In this document: positions 1-11,649 of the stretch, one piece after another | How positions within the stretch are numbered: the stretch's first letter is position 1 | Layout of the letters: each line of letters starts with the position of its first letter | Assembly: GCA_011109175.1 (NCBI GenBank) | Contig: RDEW01000007.1 | Location: 247,712-311,711, forward strand | DNA length: 64,000 nt | Direction: 5' to 3' | Source: Dicyema japonicum | Lineage: Eukaryota > Animalia > Dicyemida | Made by a program: the position numbers and the translations under genes | Notes under the pieces: generated by a model | Databases searched by the model: none | What the model was told of the DNA's origin: nothing | What the model saw: only the letters and a program-made list of their open reading frames with translations

Positions 1-743
1 ATTCCTATTCAATTTATTTACAGCTGACATTCCGACGCCGAATGGAGAAGACGACCTGCTTCTGGCGTATGCAGACGATATCGACTTGGCCTCACGGGAT
101 AAGAACATCCAAAGAGCGATGGAAAGAATGCAACACCACATAGGTCGACTACTCAAGTTGTTTAATAAATACTGAAAAATCTGTTACAACTCTTTATGCC
201 TCGGACAAAGATTGTCGAACAGAACAATAGAAGTTACTGCGGAGGGAAGAGCATTGCCGTTCAGCAAATGGCAAAAAATATTGGGTCTGACTTTTGATAC
301 ATGAACTTTACGAGACACGTCACTAACGTGCTGAACAAATGTGAGAAAAAAATCAACCTTCTGAAATGCCTAACAGGTCTATGGAAAATTAGACATACTC
401 TATACTTAAAACGTTCCTCTCACAGTACATTGAACCATGCATTTAACATGCGTGTACTTCATGGGAACCACAGGCCTCTTATACGAACATCCAGAAAATC
501 TCCGCAACCCAGAAAAGGGCCTTCAATTTAACGGAGAGATGGTATACAAGGGAAAACATTAAATCACCGACGCCCATGGAGAAAACTAATCGAAAAAAAC
601 AAAAATGGACACAAATCCCAAAAAGTAAGTGCTCGCCCGCAACGAACTTGTCTAAGCTCGAGGGATCAATACCGAGCAAAGATCAAAGCCTTGATCCAAT
701 TCGTCGGATCACTTAGTTTAGTTTTTCAGTTCAACAGTGGTCT
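1..743 (+). mobile_element. Non-LTR retrotransposon (I/Jockey-like), RT C-terminal half and 3' end, degenerate
   Basis: Reads FLFNLFTADIPTPNGEDDLLLAYADDI from base 1, then the thumb region NFTRHVTNVLNKCEKKINLLKCL. Ends in a GGATCAC..GTGGTCT stem at 706-743. Close paralog at 42240-43001. Confidence 0.8.
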
Positions 744-774
744 TTGAAATTAATTTTAATTTAGTGTAATTAAT

Positions 775-940
775 TTATCCAAATTCGTTGCAGAAAGGTT
801 AGATCCCCAGACATTACATGCATATCCTATTGTAGACTCGATGAACTGTTTGTATATGACCTCCAGTTCACTCAGATTTTTTTTGTCTTTGTTTTCCCAA
901 GAACGCCTTCAGGAAGTTGATTTTCCTCGTAAAAGTCAAT
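775..940 (-). mobile_element. LINE post-RT fragment
   Basis: The reverse complement aligns with 26920-27085, which reads INFLKAFLGNLRDKKDISELEV and resembles a LINE thumb region. Confidence 0.55.
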
Positions 941-944
941 TTTA

Positions 945-1200
945 TTTATTTAGTTAACACCAAGACCACGGTAAAACCAAAACTAACTATAACGTGATCC
1001 TGATGCGCTCGCCAAAATCCTCATTCTTTTCCCGGTGCTCCTCCACGTACCCACACAAGCTCGTACTAGGCGACTGACTGTATTTGCAGGGCCACCTTCC
1101 CGCATGCCGGAGTTTTGTTTAATGAGGGCCTCCAGAGTAGTCGGTCCGGTTCTGTGTCTTCCACAAGACCACCCCTCCGTCATTCTGAAAGCCTTCTTTT
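945..1200 (-). mobile_element. 5'-truncated LINE 3' end
   Basis: AGGATCAC..GTGGTCTT stem at 1001-962, followed by a TAAATAAATAAAA tail like other LINE ends in the window. Confidence 0.5.
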
Positions 1201-1317
1201 GAATGTCCTCGATTTTATAATGGACGTTTTAAAAAATAAATACTAAAATTATTAATTATTAATAAAGGAAATATATTTTTAAATGCTAATTGATAGAAAA
1301 TAAATAATTTAAACCGC

Positions 1318-2555
1318 ATGAGTAGTCTAATAATAAAGAATGTCGTAAATAAGACTGGAATTATAACTCTGAACAGAGAAAAGGCCCTTAATTCGTTGAC
1401 CACAGTAATGTGTAGGGAGCTTTATGACATCCTCAAGGTTTCTATGTTTATTTAATTGTAGGAATGGGACCGTGATCCTAGGATCAACAAAGTTATATTA
1501 ACCTCAAAGGGAAAAGCCTTCTGTGCTGGGGGAGATGTAAAATGTTGATTTTTTCATTCATTATCAGACCTGAGAGAAATGTCTTTGACAAAAGACTACT
1601 TTGCAATCTCTGACTTCTTCAGACAAGAATATACCTTGAACAACCTAATTGGGACAATGAAGACTCCGCTAATTCCCATAATCAACGGAGTCTTCATGGG
1701 AGGGGTTTGTCTGGCAATTACTATCAGGGCGTCGGAATAACTGTTCATGCACCGATTCGCATCGTCACGGAAAAAGCAGTCTTCGCTATGCCTGAAACTG
1801 CCATTGATATTTCTCCGCGACATTTCAGGTCTTTATCCTGATGTTGGAGGGACTTACTTTTTTCCTCGCCTTGCAGCTGGTCTGGGTACTTATCTGGGTC
1901 TAACAGGACAGCGTCTCCTAGGAATGGATGTTAAAATTTCGGGAGTGGGCACACATTTGTAAATTCGGATAAAGTACTAAATTTCTTTTACGATGTCCCC
2001 AACTTCATTGACAAGCTCACTGAGTATAACGGAGATTCAAATGTCGCCCCAACCGTTGAGAATATCTCTAGTCTGATTTTTTAGGCTTACTCGTCTGACT
2101 CAGGATTTAGCAAATTACTGACTTCTGAGAATCTGGGAGAAATCTCTGAGATCTTCAATTTGGGATCAGTTGAAGAGATCGTTTCAGCGCTTTCTAAGAG
2201 CTCGACCGACTTTGCAGCACAGACGTTGTCTACCATTAATAAAATGGTGACGACTTGTCTCTATTTCAGTCCCCAACATCCATTAAAATTACTTTCCGTC
2301 AGATTCAGATGGGGGTTAAGCTTCCGAATTTGACAGAATGTCTGAAAGTTGAGTTTCCTCTGTCGAACAATATTGTTAGACTCCACGATTTTCACGAAGG
2401 AGTCCGTTCTGGTTGGTTTGGAGTCTAACTTCTTAGTTCTCGTGGACAAAACAAACTCGCCTACCTGGAATCCTTCTTCTATTGCTGAAGTCAATGATGA
2501 TGACATCCTCAGATTGTATGATCTCCCATTTGGAGTGGCTAATATTGATCTCTAA
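1318..2555 (+). CDS. HIBCH: 3-hydroxyisobutyryl-CoA hydrolase (crotonase family), multi-exon
   Basis: Spliced reading: [93 protein letters not shown]. Introns at 1438-1461, 1544-1567, 1705-1727 and 1807-1828 (AT..AG), plus others of 23-30 nt. One homopolymer frameshift near 1955. Confidence 0.9.
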
Positions 2556-2684
2556 TTTTATTGATTCCTCAACTAACTTGACTTTTTGTGCAATTTACCC
2601 GAGAAAAGAAGGTATGAGTTGTTTGCTTTGATATTTTGAAATTGACCCTCGAGTTTCCACCCAATATATCCCCAGTTTATTTTG

Positions 2685-3551
2685 TTCTGATTATCCTATT
2701 AATGGCAATCAGAGATTGGACCAGAACTCTAATAGTCGATTTTCACTACTTTTCAGTTAGTCCACCCCCATTTGAAGAAGCAGGGGAAAGATCTTTAAAG
2801 GAGTTCGCTGTTTCGTGTCTACTATCATCACTGAGTTAAAAAGTAGAGAAGTTTTCTTGGCTGACTAAGACAGAGGAAGGCTGATTCCAGGGAGGACAGA
2901 AGGAATGTTCGGTGAGAAGTAACCACTGTGACAATTAATTTAATGTTGTGGCATTTAGAAATTGTTTTTAGGGTTTATCGAAAATAATTTTACTTAATTC
3001 TGTTCAGATTTGATTCAATTTCCTTTGCAGTCTGGAAATTTCATCCTCTTTGTAACTTGGGGACCTACCCACGTCTACACTCTCTTGTCCTGGAACTTTA
3101 TAGAGATCATCGAGTACCTTGAGAGGTCACAAGGGTTAGTTCAAAAGTATAATAATAGCAAGTCAAAATATTCTAACAATGACTCCAAAATAAACGTTTC
3201 CAGTTTGTCAAGCGGTTAATGTAAAGTACTTAGAGTACACAAAATGTCTAATATGTTTCACAGATCCTTTCTTTTTCTCAGGCATATAATTTTTCTCAAA
3301 ACATTTTGAGACAATTCCACATTATGACCACCTGGATAGCTTATCGATAGTTTTTTGGCAAGGGACATGTCAGTCTCAAAATACCAGAGATAAATATAAA
3401 ATTAATTTAAATCCCCAAAAATAGCAAAGCATAATATCGAATTGACTAAAGATACAGGATAAGTCAGTTCAATTCTTGCATAAGGACGACACGTGGTTCA
3501 TGAATATATATTACCTAAAAGTACCATCTCAATTCCACCTAACCCAGACAT
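2685..3551 (-). CDS. Possible multi-exon hypothetical gene
   Basis: Open exon-like stretches (VLDDLYKVPGQESVDVGRSPSYKEDEISRLQ; DDSRHETANSFKDLSPASSNGGGLTEK) flanked by short GT..AG segments. No family recognised and the structure is unresolved. Confidence 0.25.
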
Positions 3552-3631
3552 TTATGACCAATTTAACCACGTGTTACTCAAAAAACCAAATATATAAATA
3601 TTTATACTAAATACGAAAAAATAACAAAATT

Positions 3632-5327
3632 TATAAAAACTTAGAGCCAAAGCCATAATCTCAGCCAACGATTTGTTCTCCAACCTATCAGTCTTACGCG
3701 ACTTATTCCTTCCAGTGGTCCCCGACACGGAAATCTTCCGTTTTCTCGCCTTACTCTTTCCATCAACAGCCTACAAATAATCCAAGGTAAATCACCTTGC
3801 TCTGAACTGCCAATTGTTTCTCCAGAAACCGAAGTCGCGGAGTAACAGAAAGTCCCATAGACCTAAATCAGTGAACATGGCAAATACCGTGAAAATTCCG
3901 CAAGATCCAGCTTCTTAACATCGAATAACTCCTTGTCCGCTGCATAAAAGACCCACTTGGAGTAGGAGAGAATGGCCTTCTTGCATGCGTCGTTCAATTC
4001 TGGACTGTTGGCACAGCAGGACTGGATTCGACTAGTCACATTCACGTTGCTTTCACAGTTGATCTCAATTATGGGAATTCGTTGATTCAGTAACTTCTCA
4101 ACAAAGGTTAACTCGGAGTCCAGCAAAACCAGCAAGGAATGTCCACGATTTTGGTACCTCGCAGTCCTCCCAACTCTGTGGATATATGAATCAACAGAAT
4201 CGGGACAGTCAAGCTGAATCACCCAGTCGACTGCAGCAAAGTCTAAACCACGTGCTGCCAAATCAGTAGCAATAAGAGCAGAGTAATTCCTGTTCTCAAA
4301 CTCTTCACAAACGTGACTCCTTTGATGTTGTTTCATTCCTCCATAAAGACATCCTACTTTGATCCTCATGGCTTTCAGAAGCCCCTCCAGATACCTCACC
4401 TGCTTACACGTGGATAGGAACACAATCATCCTCCGTTTTTTCATCACAAGTCCACACAAAACACTCATTTTCTGGCCTATTCCGCATTTTATATATTTCT
4501 GCATAGATTTCACAGTGCTACCTGTTTTAGGCCGTTGGGAGTAGAAAACTCTGAGTGTTCATGGACGGAAATGTAAAGAGGACTGGTCACGTGTAGTCGA
4601 CTTAGATCGGTCACAGACTTTGTTAGGGTGGCTGAGAACAACAGGTTCTGTCTCTTTTGGGGCAACAATTCGATGATGTAGTTAAGGGTCTCCGAAAATC
4701 CCAAGTCAAGGATGCGGTCAGCCTCGTCCAACACTACAGTGATCATGAACAACAAACCTAACACTCGGAGGTTCAGACTCTCACGCTCTTCTAAGAATTC
4801 AAGAAGTCTTCCAGGGGTTCCTACAATTATGTTGGGACTCGATTTTAGCTGGGTCTTTTCGCCTCCTATGAGCAGTCCCCGTGTAAAAACGTGCTCAGAA
4901 CAAATTCCGTCGAGGACCTTAAATATTTGGGTGGCCAACTCCCTAGTGGGGGACACTATGAGAGCTGTCAGCCCGTCAAGATGAGTGACATGTGCCCAAT
5001 AAAGAGACTCAACAACCTTGATGAGTGTAATATGTACTGGAATAAGGAATGCTAGAGTTTTTCCTGATCCCGTCTTTGCTGCGGCCAATAAATTTTGTCC
5101 CCGTAGAGCTGGAAGGATTGCTTCTCTCTGGATGTCTGTTACTTCTTGCCACTGTGTCAATCCATTGAGAGTGAGCTCGGACAATGGGAGGTCAGTAAAC
5201 TTTTTAATATTCTCCGTTGAAGTGATCTTTAATGATTACATTACGTTACAGTAGATAGTTTATTCTTTAGTTTGGAGATTTCTTGTGCTGTATCGTGATT
5301 TTTGCTTTTACTAGATTTTTTCCCCAT
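3632..5327 (-). CDS. DDX10: DEAD-box RNA helicase DDX10/Dbp4 (18S rRNA biogenesis)
   Basis: Start MGKKSSK. Motifs AAKTGSGKTLAFLIP, SPTRELATQIF, VGTPGRLL, VLDEADRILDLGF, LLFSATLTKSVTDLSRL, ATDLAARGLDF, YIHRVGRTARY. Six GT-AG introns of 21-25 nt. The 3' end is approximate because of a probable homopolymer frameshift near 3815. Confidence 0.9.
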
Positions 5328-5410
5328 ATTGCACTTTATTTATTTATTAACGTGAAAATTTAAATTTAAAAATAATTTATCACTTAATTCATAAAAGTTT
5401 TATTGATTTA

Positions 5411-5715
5411 GCCGCGTGGCATAGTGGTTAGGTGTCGGCTACGGGTTCGAATCTTGCTACTGTTCACCTGGTGGAAGGTTCCACGCATCTACGATGCAGA
5501 AAGGGTCTGACGAGTGACGCCGTCATCAGTGGATACTCACTGCGGAACTGGATTGTCTTGAAAGGACCCACACACAAGAAAAAGAAAAAAAGAAGTGAAT
5601 ATAATTCCTTGGTTCTACGATTAGTTAAAATTAACTGTTCTTTACTTAAATAAAGTGTGTCCTGCCTATGCGGAGCTATAAATACTATGGCTCTCGTGAA
5701 AAGGCTTTATTATTA
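5411..5715 (+). mobile_element. tRNA-derived SINE, full length
   Basis: A box TGGCATAGTGG, B box GGTTCGAATC, (TTA)n tail, and an 11-bp target-site duplication TTATTGATTTA (5400-5410 and 5716-5726). Second copy at 49894-50131. Confidence 0.85.
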
Positions 5716-5752
5716 TTATTGATTTAATTAATTTTAAAACTTCCATATCATA

Positions 5753-6354
5753 GATGGATTTAGTATACGTGGTGCCATGTGTTTCACCTTTTGTGGAGGC
5801 ACTCAGTGTCAAAGTGATATGAAAAAGAGTTGGCTAACAATATTCCACTCTCAGTGTCTTGCTGTTAATGTTGTAGAACCAAACCTGGTACTGGTTCTAC
5901 TCTAACTATTCTACAAGTGAATGTCCCCAGGGTTCGTAACCAATTTATGGAACTGCACGTTTTGATTGCATATCTCAAAGTGGAAATCGACTTCATTTGT
6001 GTGTTAAAACTTATGAAATCAGTCCCATATCAAGTTCCTCTCGAGGTCTACTGCCTTAGTAACATTCAGATAATTATTTTATACGCACTATGTCATAGGA
6101 CGTGACAAACCATGTGCAATAAGAGAAATCATAATCTTGTGTCTAGCAGGATGCGCGAACGTCGTGTTGCAGAGGAATAGGTTTTTTTCTTTGCAGAAGT
6201 TCACAGGCAGGTTTCTTTCTCTGCCGAGCCTTCCAATGAATGTTTCTTCGGAGGTTTTCCACTCCCGCTCATTATTAATACTGAGAGTGCCAGTTCGGCG
6301 CAGACAACCGACAGATTAGTACAAAAGTATTCAACCTCCTCAGAGTATCATTAA
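5753..6354 (+). CDS. Possible multi-exon hypothetical gene
   Basis: Several 24-30 nt GT..AG segments and an open terminal exon EVHRQVSFSAEPSNECFFGGFPLP...SEYH*. I could not assemble a full frame. Confidence 0.2.
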
Positions 6355-6789
6355 GAGATCAACTGCTGGGAGCATATGTGTTTATGATCGGAAAGGTCCA
6401 CACAAAGTTGATTTCTTGCAATATTTTTTCTTTATAAAAATAAAAAGAGAAAATATAAGCACGCTACTCGTTGTGGCGCTATGAAGAGAGATGAGAAAAA
6501 GAAAGGAAAATCAGAAAAGAACATGCAGAAAACTGCAAAAGAAGGTGAAATATGCAAAAAATACAACATAATGGACAAAAGAAAGCGGATAATCCATTGC
6601 ATGGCCTGTTTGTGTGGCTTCCAAATGTCCTGTGCCGGAATAACTAAAAGAGCCCTGGCTGTCAGTTCCGATTGGCACTGTCGGTCATATCTCCCACCAG
6701 ATAATACGACAAACTCATCCCTACGCTACCCTTCTGAACATGTTCCACTAGACCATCAGGAAATACTTGAATTGATCTCCAACTTGACA

Positions 6790-7560
6790 CATACACGAAG
6801 ACTCCTGATCCGGATTCCCAAAGCTGCCCGTATATCTGTCGCGGAGTGACTATGTGAGTATATTGAAAGGGCAGTTTTTTCGGACGACTCTGAGGATTGG
6901 GCACGATTATTTTGCTTTGCTCCATTCACACTATGCATACTCCAGGAGGGGAAAAAAGAGAAATCAATTACGTAATTAGTAAAGGAGAATGTTCACACAT
7001 TATTTTCAAGGAACCTATTAGCAGACTCAGAAAAACTCACCTACGAAATCCAAAACCATGAGAAGCCAACATCGACTATCTCGGACACTCAGAGATTAAT
7101 TCGGAAAGTGGAATCTGTGCTGTCGTTAGGATCCTTGCAGATCAACACCGTATAATTGAGCCGTCTGAATAGTCCTACGCATCACTTGTTGAGCGACACC
7201 TAAGTTCCCCCCAACGACCACCGGATTCCTCCTTGCCTAGGACAATTACCCAATCTACTTGTTTCTGAAGAAGACGTAAAAGATGGGATTCTCTCTTTCG
7301 CCCCGAGCAGCAGTGGAGGACTAGATAGGTTCCGTCCTGATCAACTCAATGACCTCATTGCTCATAACACGGGCAACTCTAGGGTCCGAATCGTGTTTGC
7401 CATCACCAAACTAATGAACAGGATTCTGTCTGGGACACTTCCAGAAACAATTTGACACGTAATGTTCTCCGCCAAGTTAATCGCATTCGACTTGAATATG
7501 CCAGCGTGAATATGCCCTATTGTTTTTCGTCGGTGGCCTCAAACCTTGTATGAAGAGCTA
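6790..7560 (+). mobile_element. CRE-clade non-LTR retrotransposon fragment (pre-RT and RT start)
   Basis: RIPKAARISVA..W ARLFCF, followed by ILSFAPSSSGGLDRFRPDQLNDLI...ITKLMNRILSGTLP..FSAKLIAF. This matches the CRE pattern SFPxGSAGGPDGLRPQHLKDL. Internal stops. Confidence 0.6.
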
Positions 7561-7693
7561 TCCAATCTTCGCAGATGGTCCTGTACCCAAAAAGAACGAG
7601 AACATTTCTCACGTAATCGTCAAAATTAACGTTAAAAATGCCATCAACTCGATACAACGTGATACAATTCTGGAGGATTGTTTCCCATCAGTG

Positions 7694-9943
7694 TACAGTT
7701 TGGTTAAAGGATCAAGAGGTTGAGCTGATGATTTAGCTCTATAGGACTATATATCTTGATATTCCTATGACGGACGTAATCCATCTTTCAATCTAACTAT
7801 ACGGTCAAATGACTAACTCGGAGACATCGATCCAACATGTCCAAAAAATAAAAGCACCCTACATCAATATTATGGAGTTCATATCCTATTAAGCTTATAT
7901 TTGGACAATATTAAGGTTGACTTCATAGTTATCCTCTGTTCATACAACTTGTTGAGACTAGGTCTATTGAAGTCAAGTAAAATTGTACAGAGATTGTAGT
8001 AGTGACTACATTTTCCCCCAAATGTCCCTCCTTTAAGCCAATACAAAAACGTGTCGGGCGTAGAATCGGATGCTCACAACTACATGGACAACTTCTTTGG
8101 TTCTTACAAATCAGGTATTCCAGAGAAGTCGATGAGAACCATTTTTTTCCAAAAGTACATCCTCCTTTTCTGATAGCATTTGTTCTCACGAGCTACTTGT
8201 GGGTAGTTTTTATGTAGACTGGTTTCCGATCTTTCATTACCCCGAAAGACTTTTCTAATGACGTCCGTTAAAATAATTTAAAAATTAATTTTTAATAAAA
8301 TTATTTTTTGTAGAATTCAAAGCTAATAAAATATAACAACGACTGTCCTATATTTAACTGAAAATGTTACACAAGAAAATTTATTTATTTATTATTGGAG
8401 CATTCATTTGCTGGGGGTTATTACAAATTAACAGGCCAATGAGAGTATCCCGGTAGTTCTGAGTCGTTTACAATATTTATCTCACTAGTTCCCGGTTATG
8501 GAGGCTCAAAGTTATACGCTAAACTGAATGGTGTCGAAAAGCAGAGTATCTTCTGTAAGCCAAAAACCGACAACTACCGACTATTATGGGTTTCCTTACG
8601 CGACTTCATTCCAATTTTTGAGAAATGTGCCTTTTACATTTTTCGGTACGAACATTTTGCGTTAGCAGACTTCGGTGGAAGAATTCAACTCCCATGAATC
8701 AGTCTGGGGTGAGGATAAAGACCGGAACCTTCGGGGATCCTACTTCCGTGGAATGTCTCAATGACTCAAAATACGGTGAATTTCGCATTATTCGCAGCTT
8801 TAAAGTATACCGGCTATTTTTCTTGGATTATTGACAATTTAACAGCTTCTCTTTTCTATGAGAAAAATAGGAATTTATTCGGAATTCCCTACGACTTCAG
8901 GCTGGACCCTGGTTTTCTTTGTTAAAATAAATTAGATCATTTGAGTGACGTATTTCAGCGCTTGAAAACTTTCATTGAGGATAAATACGAGTCACTGGGA
9001 ATTCCATTCACTCTCCTGGCCCACAGTTATGGGTGCATCATCACGACCAATTTTTTATCGATTCAGTCGGCTTCTTGGAGGAGGAAGTATATCAGAAGGT
9101 TTATTAGCATTTCGTGTCCATATAATGGTTCCATAGATTCTGTTAGAGCCATTCTTATTGGTTAGCGGGATTGTTAACTTTAGGGGTCAATCTGAAAATT
9201 CCAATAAATAGAAAACTCACCAGGGACACTGTTAGAACATTTCCAAGCACATTCTCTCTTTTCCCGACATTTGGAGACCCAGTTACGGTCTCGGGTGTGA
9301 AATATGGATATGATCAGTTGGATGTTATTATTAAGGTATTTATTTGGTAGAGTTTTGAATTTGAATGATGGAGATGTAGAGGCCATGTTGGAAATGAGGA
9401 GCAAATACGAAGGCTGCTTGAGTAGTCTTCGAGTTCCAGAAGATGTTAAGCTTCACTGCTTATATTCAATTGGAATTAAAACTGCTAATTCATTTTCGTT
9501 ATATTTTACGTTAAACAAAGTTATGATTCGTGGAGTGATTTTCCGTCATTCCCTAAAACTGATTACACCGATGGAGACGGGACGGTTAGAACATCAAGTC
9601 TGTCTGAGTGTGGCACACGACACCACTGGGCTACAGTGAAAGAATTTTCCAACACGGAGCATCTCGAAATCCTCCGTGACCCGTCCGTTATTAAGCACAT
9701 TAACGACATATTGACTAAGACTTAAAATAAATAATTCCTTTATTTCCAACTACTGCCTTAAAATAATTCAAATTTAATATGTCACGTGGGCGACTTGAAG
9801 CCTATGGGCAACCTATGGTAACCAAAGATATACCACATAATATGACTTTCTTGTAACCATTATAAGAACAACATTTAACTAATTCATTAATTCTAAATAA
9901 AAAATTAATTCAAACCGTATTAATTAAATGGCTAACCTGATTG
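7694..9943 (+). repeat. Segmental duplication A, copy 1 (resumes 11570-11610 after the RTE insertion)
   Basis: Colinear and highly similar to 16350-18625, from CAGTTTGGTTAAA through ATGGCTAACCTGATT. Confidence 0.9.
8364..9725 (+). CDS. LCAT / lysosomal phospholipase A2 (PLA2G15) family acyltransferase
   Basis: Hydrophobic N-terminus, PVVLIPGYGGSKLYAKL, FGIPYDFRL, nucleophile elbow LLAHSYG, GDGTV..SLSEC, EHLEILRD. Introns of 22-26 nt. Two single-base homopolymer shifts that the paralog corrects. One intron near 9334 is unresolved. Confidence 0.85.
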
Positions 9944-11570
9944 CCATCGCGGCCCACTTTGAGAAGCTTTTCAACATCAAAACCATAGCAATCCACCCAT
10001 TTGATGGAAGGCCAAGACCCCTTAAGATACCAATCACGCCGAGGAAATCAAAACGGCCTGCCGAAAACTCAAGAATAACAGAAGCCCCGGACCAGATGCG
10101 ATAAACCCAGAACTACTGAAATACGGCCTGACCTCCTTTTTGAAAAAAATCGCTACACTACTAAATGAAATGTTTTCAACTAACTCAACTCTACCTCTGG
10201 GTACGGGACTACTAATCCCCATACAAAAACTAACAAAAACAGAGGACCGCTCGAAAATTTGCGACCCATCATACTACTAAATTCATTACGCAAAGTCTTG
10301 GCAAACATTGTGCATTGAACGAATAAAAGGACCTGCTTACAAATACCTACCAGATAGTCAAAGTGGTTTTCGAGAAGGGAGATCCACAGCTGATGCAGTC
10401 TGGAGTCACAGATGGAGGTGTGCAACATATCAAAGATACCGTAACGCCACCAATATTTTGGGAATTGACCTATCAAGAGCTTTTGATACGGTTAACAGGA
10501 ACAAATTAATGGGGGTACTGGGCGGATTTCTTGATGAATCGAGTCTAAGGATGATCCGAATTCTACTTTCTAACACTGAGCTCCTTGTGAGAGTCGGAAA
10601 AAACCTATTCAAGAAAATTTGAAACGAATACGGGCACTCCACAAGGAGACTCTCTTTCTCCTCTACTATTCACAATTTATTTGGAAGCCGCTATGAGGGA
10701 ACTTAGACCGTCATACCAAGGAAAGACGGAAGAAGTAATCTACGCGGACGATGTAGACCTAATTTCTGAAGACAAAGAGGTCCTGGAAACCTATTAGAAA
10801 AAGCACCAGATGTACTAGGGAAATGGTTTCTTACTGTGAACAGAGAAAAAACAGAACTCACAGAGATAAGAAGGATGAGTAACGTCCTAGAAGAGAAGTG
10901 GCGACAAGTAAAGAAACTCGGTTCACTTATGGGAGATAGCGAAGATATTTTACGTAGGAAAACTCTAGCAATGCTGCGTTATATAAACTGAAGAATTTAT
11001 GGCTCAATCAAAAAGGCATCGACACAAAAATGAGAATCCTACTATACGACTCATTCATAAAACCCGTACTTTTATATAACGCTGGAACTTGGGCGACCTC
11101 ATCAGCGGATATGAAAAAACTAGACTCGTTCCACAGAGGTCAACTGAGAAAAATAACAGGAACTACTTGGCCTACGAGAATATATCTAGGAATGCTTTAT
11201 ATAAGAGATGCAGCACTAGACCTATCAGCTTAGAAGTACTGGAATCCCGATGGAGGCTCTTCGGACACGTGCTGAGGATGGAATTAACTTCCCCACCGAA
11301 CATATCTATGGAAACATACTATGTTAGTGAAGAAGGCGCTATCGGGAAGACAAGAACAACACTGCCAATAGTCTTACAAAAAGACCTGGTCAGTATAAAA
11401 AAAAACCTAACAAATGCCGACGACCTGGACAGCATGAGAGCCTTGGCTAGGAACAGGGGAGCATGGAAAAGGATGACATCTAACCTTGTTTTCTTTTGCT
11501 GCACATGCGGGGCTATAATTAGTATGGCTCTTGTGAAGTGCTTAAATAAATAAAAATAATAATAAATAAT
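9944..11570 (+). mobile_element. RTE-clade LINE, 5'-truncated, RT and 3' end
   Basis: KLKNNRSPGPDAINPELLKYG, QSGFREGRST, GIDLSRAFD, PQGDSLSPLLF, YADD at about 10741, RWRLFGHVLRM, and a (TAA)-rich tail. Absent from the paralogous site at 18595. Confidence 0.9.
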
Positions 11571-11649
11571 TTCTTTTAATTTTAACAGCACGGCTTTAGT
11601 GATTTTGAATGTCTCAATTTAGGGGTCATATCAGAGATCTTATCGAATA

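Noticed and set aside
2056-2085. In-frame TAG in HIBCH ([10 protein letters not shown]), suggesting stop-codon reassignment
   Set aside because: A 30-nt GT..AG intron removes it. Long ORFs elsewhere avoid TAA/TAG, and genes end in TAA, which is consistent with the standard code.
5474-5560. Hammerhead-like (CTGACGAG..CGGAAC) and HDV-like (GGT-TCCACGC-ATC) motifs in the SINE core
   Set aside because: The hammerhead GAAA and NUH site are missing and copy 2 has TTGACGA. The HDV P1.1 and P2 pairings cannot be built.
6481-6640. Lys/Glu-rich ORF start MKRDEKKKGKSEK
   Set aside because: Low-complexity purine-rich sequence that runs by chance into the CRE fragment.
7700-8265. ORFs 7929-8189(-), 8002-8217(+) and 16614-16844(-) as conserved small proteins
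   Set aside because: They recur only because of the segmental duplication. Several frames carry stops in both copies and no family is recognisable.
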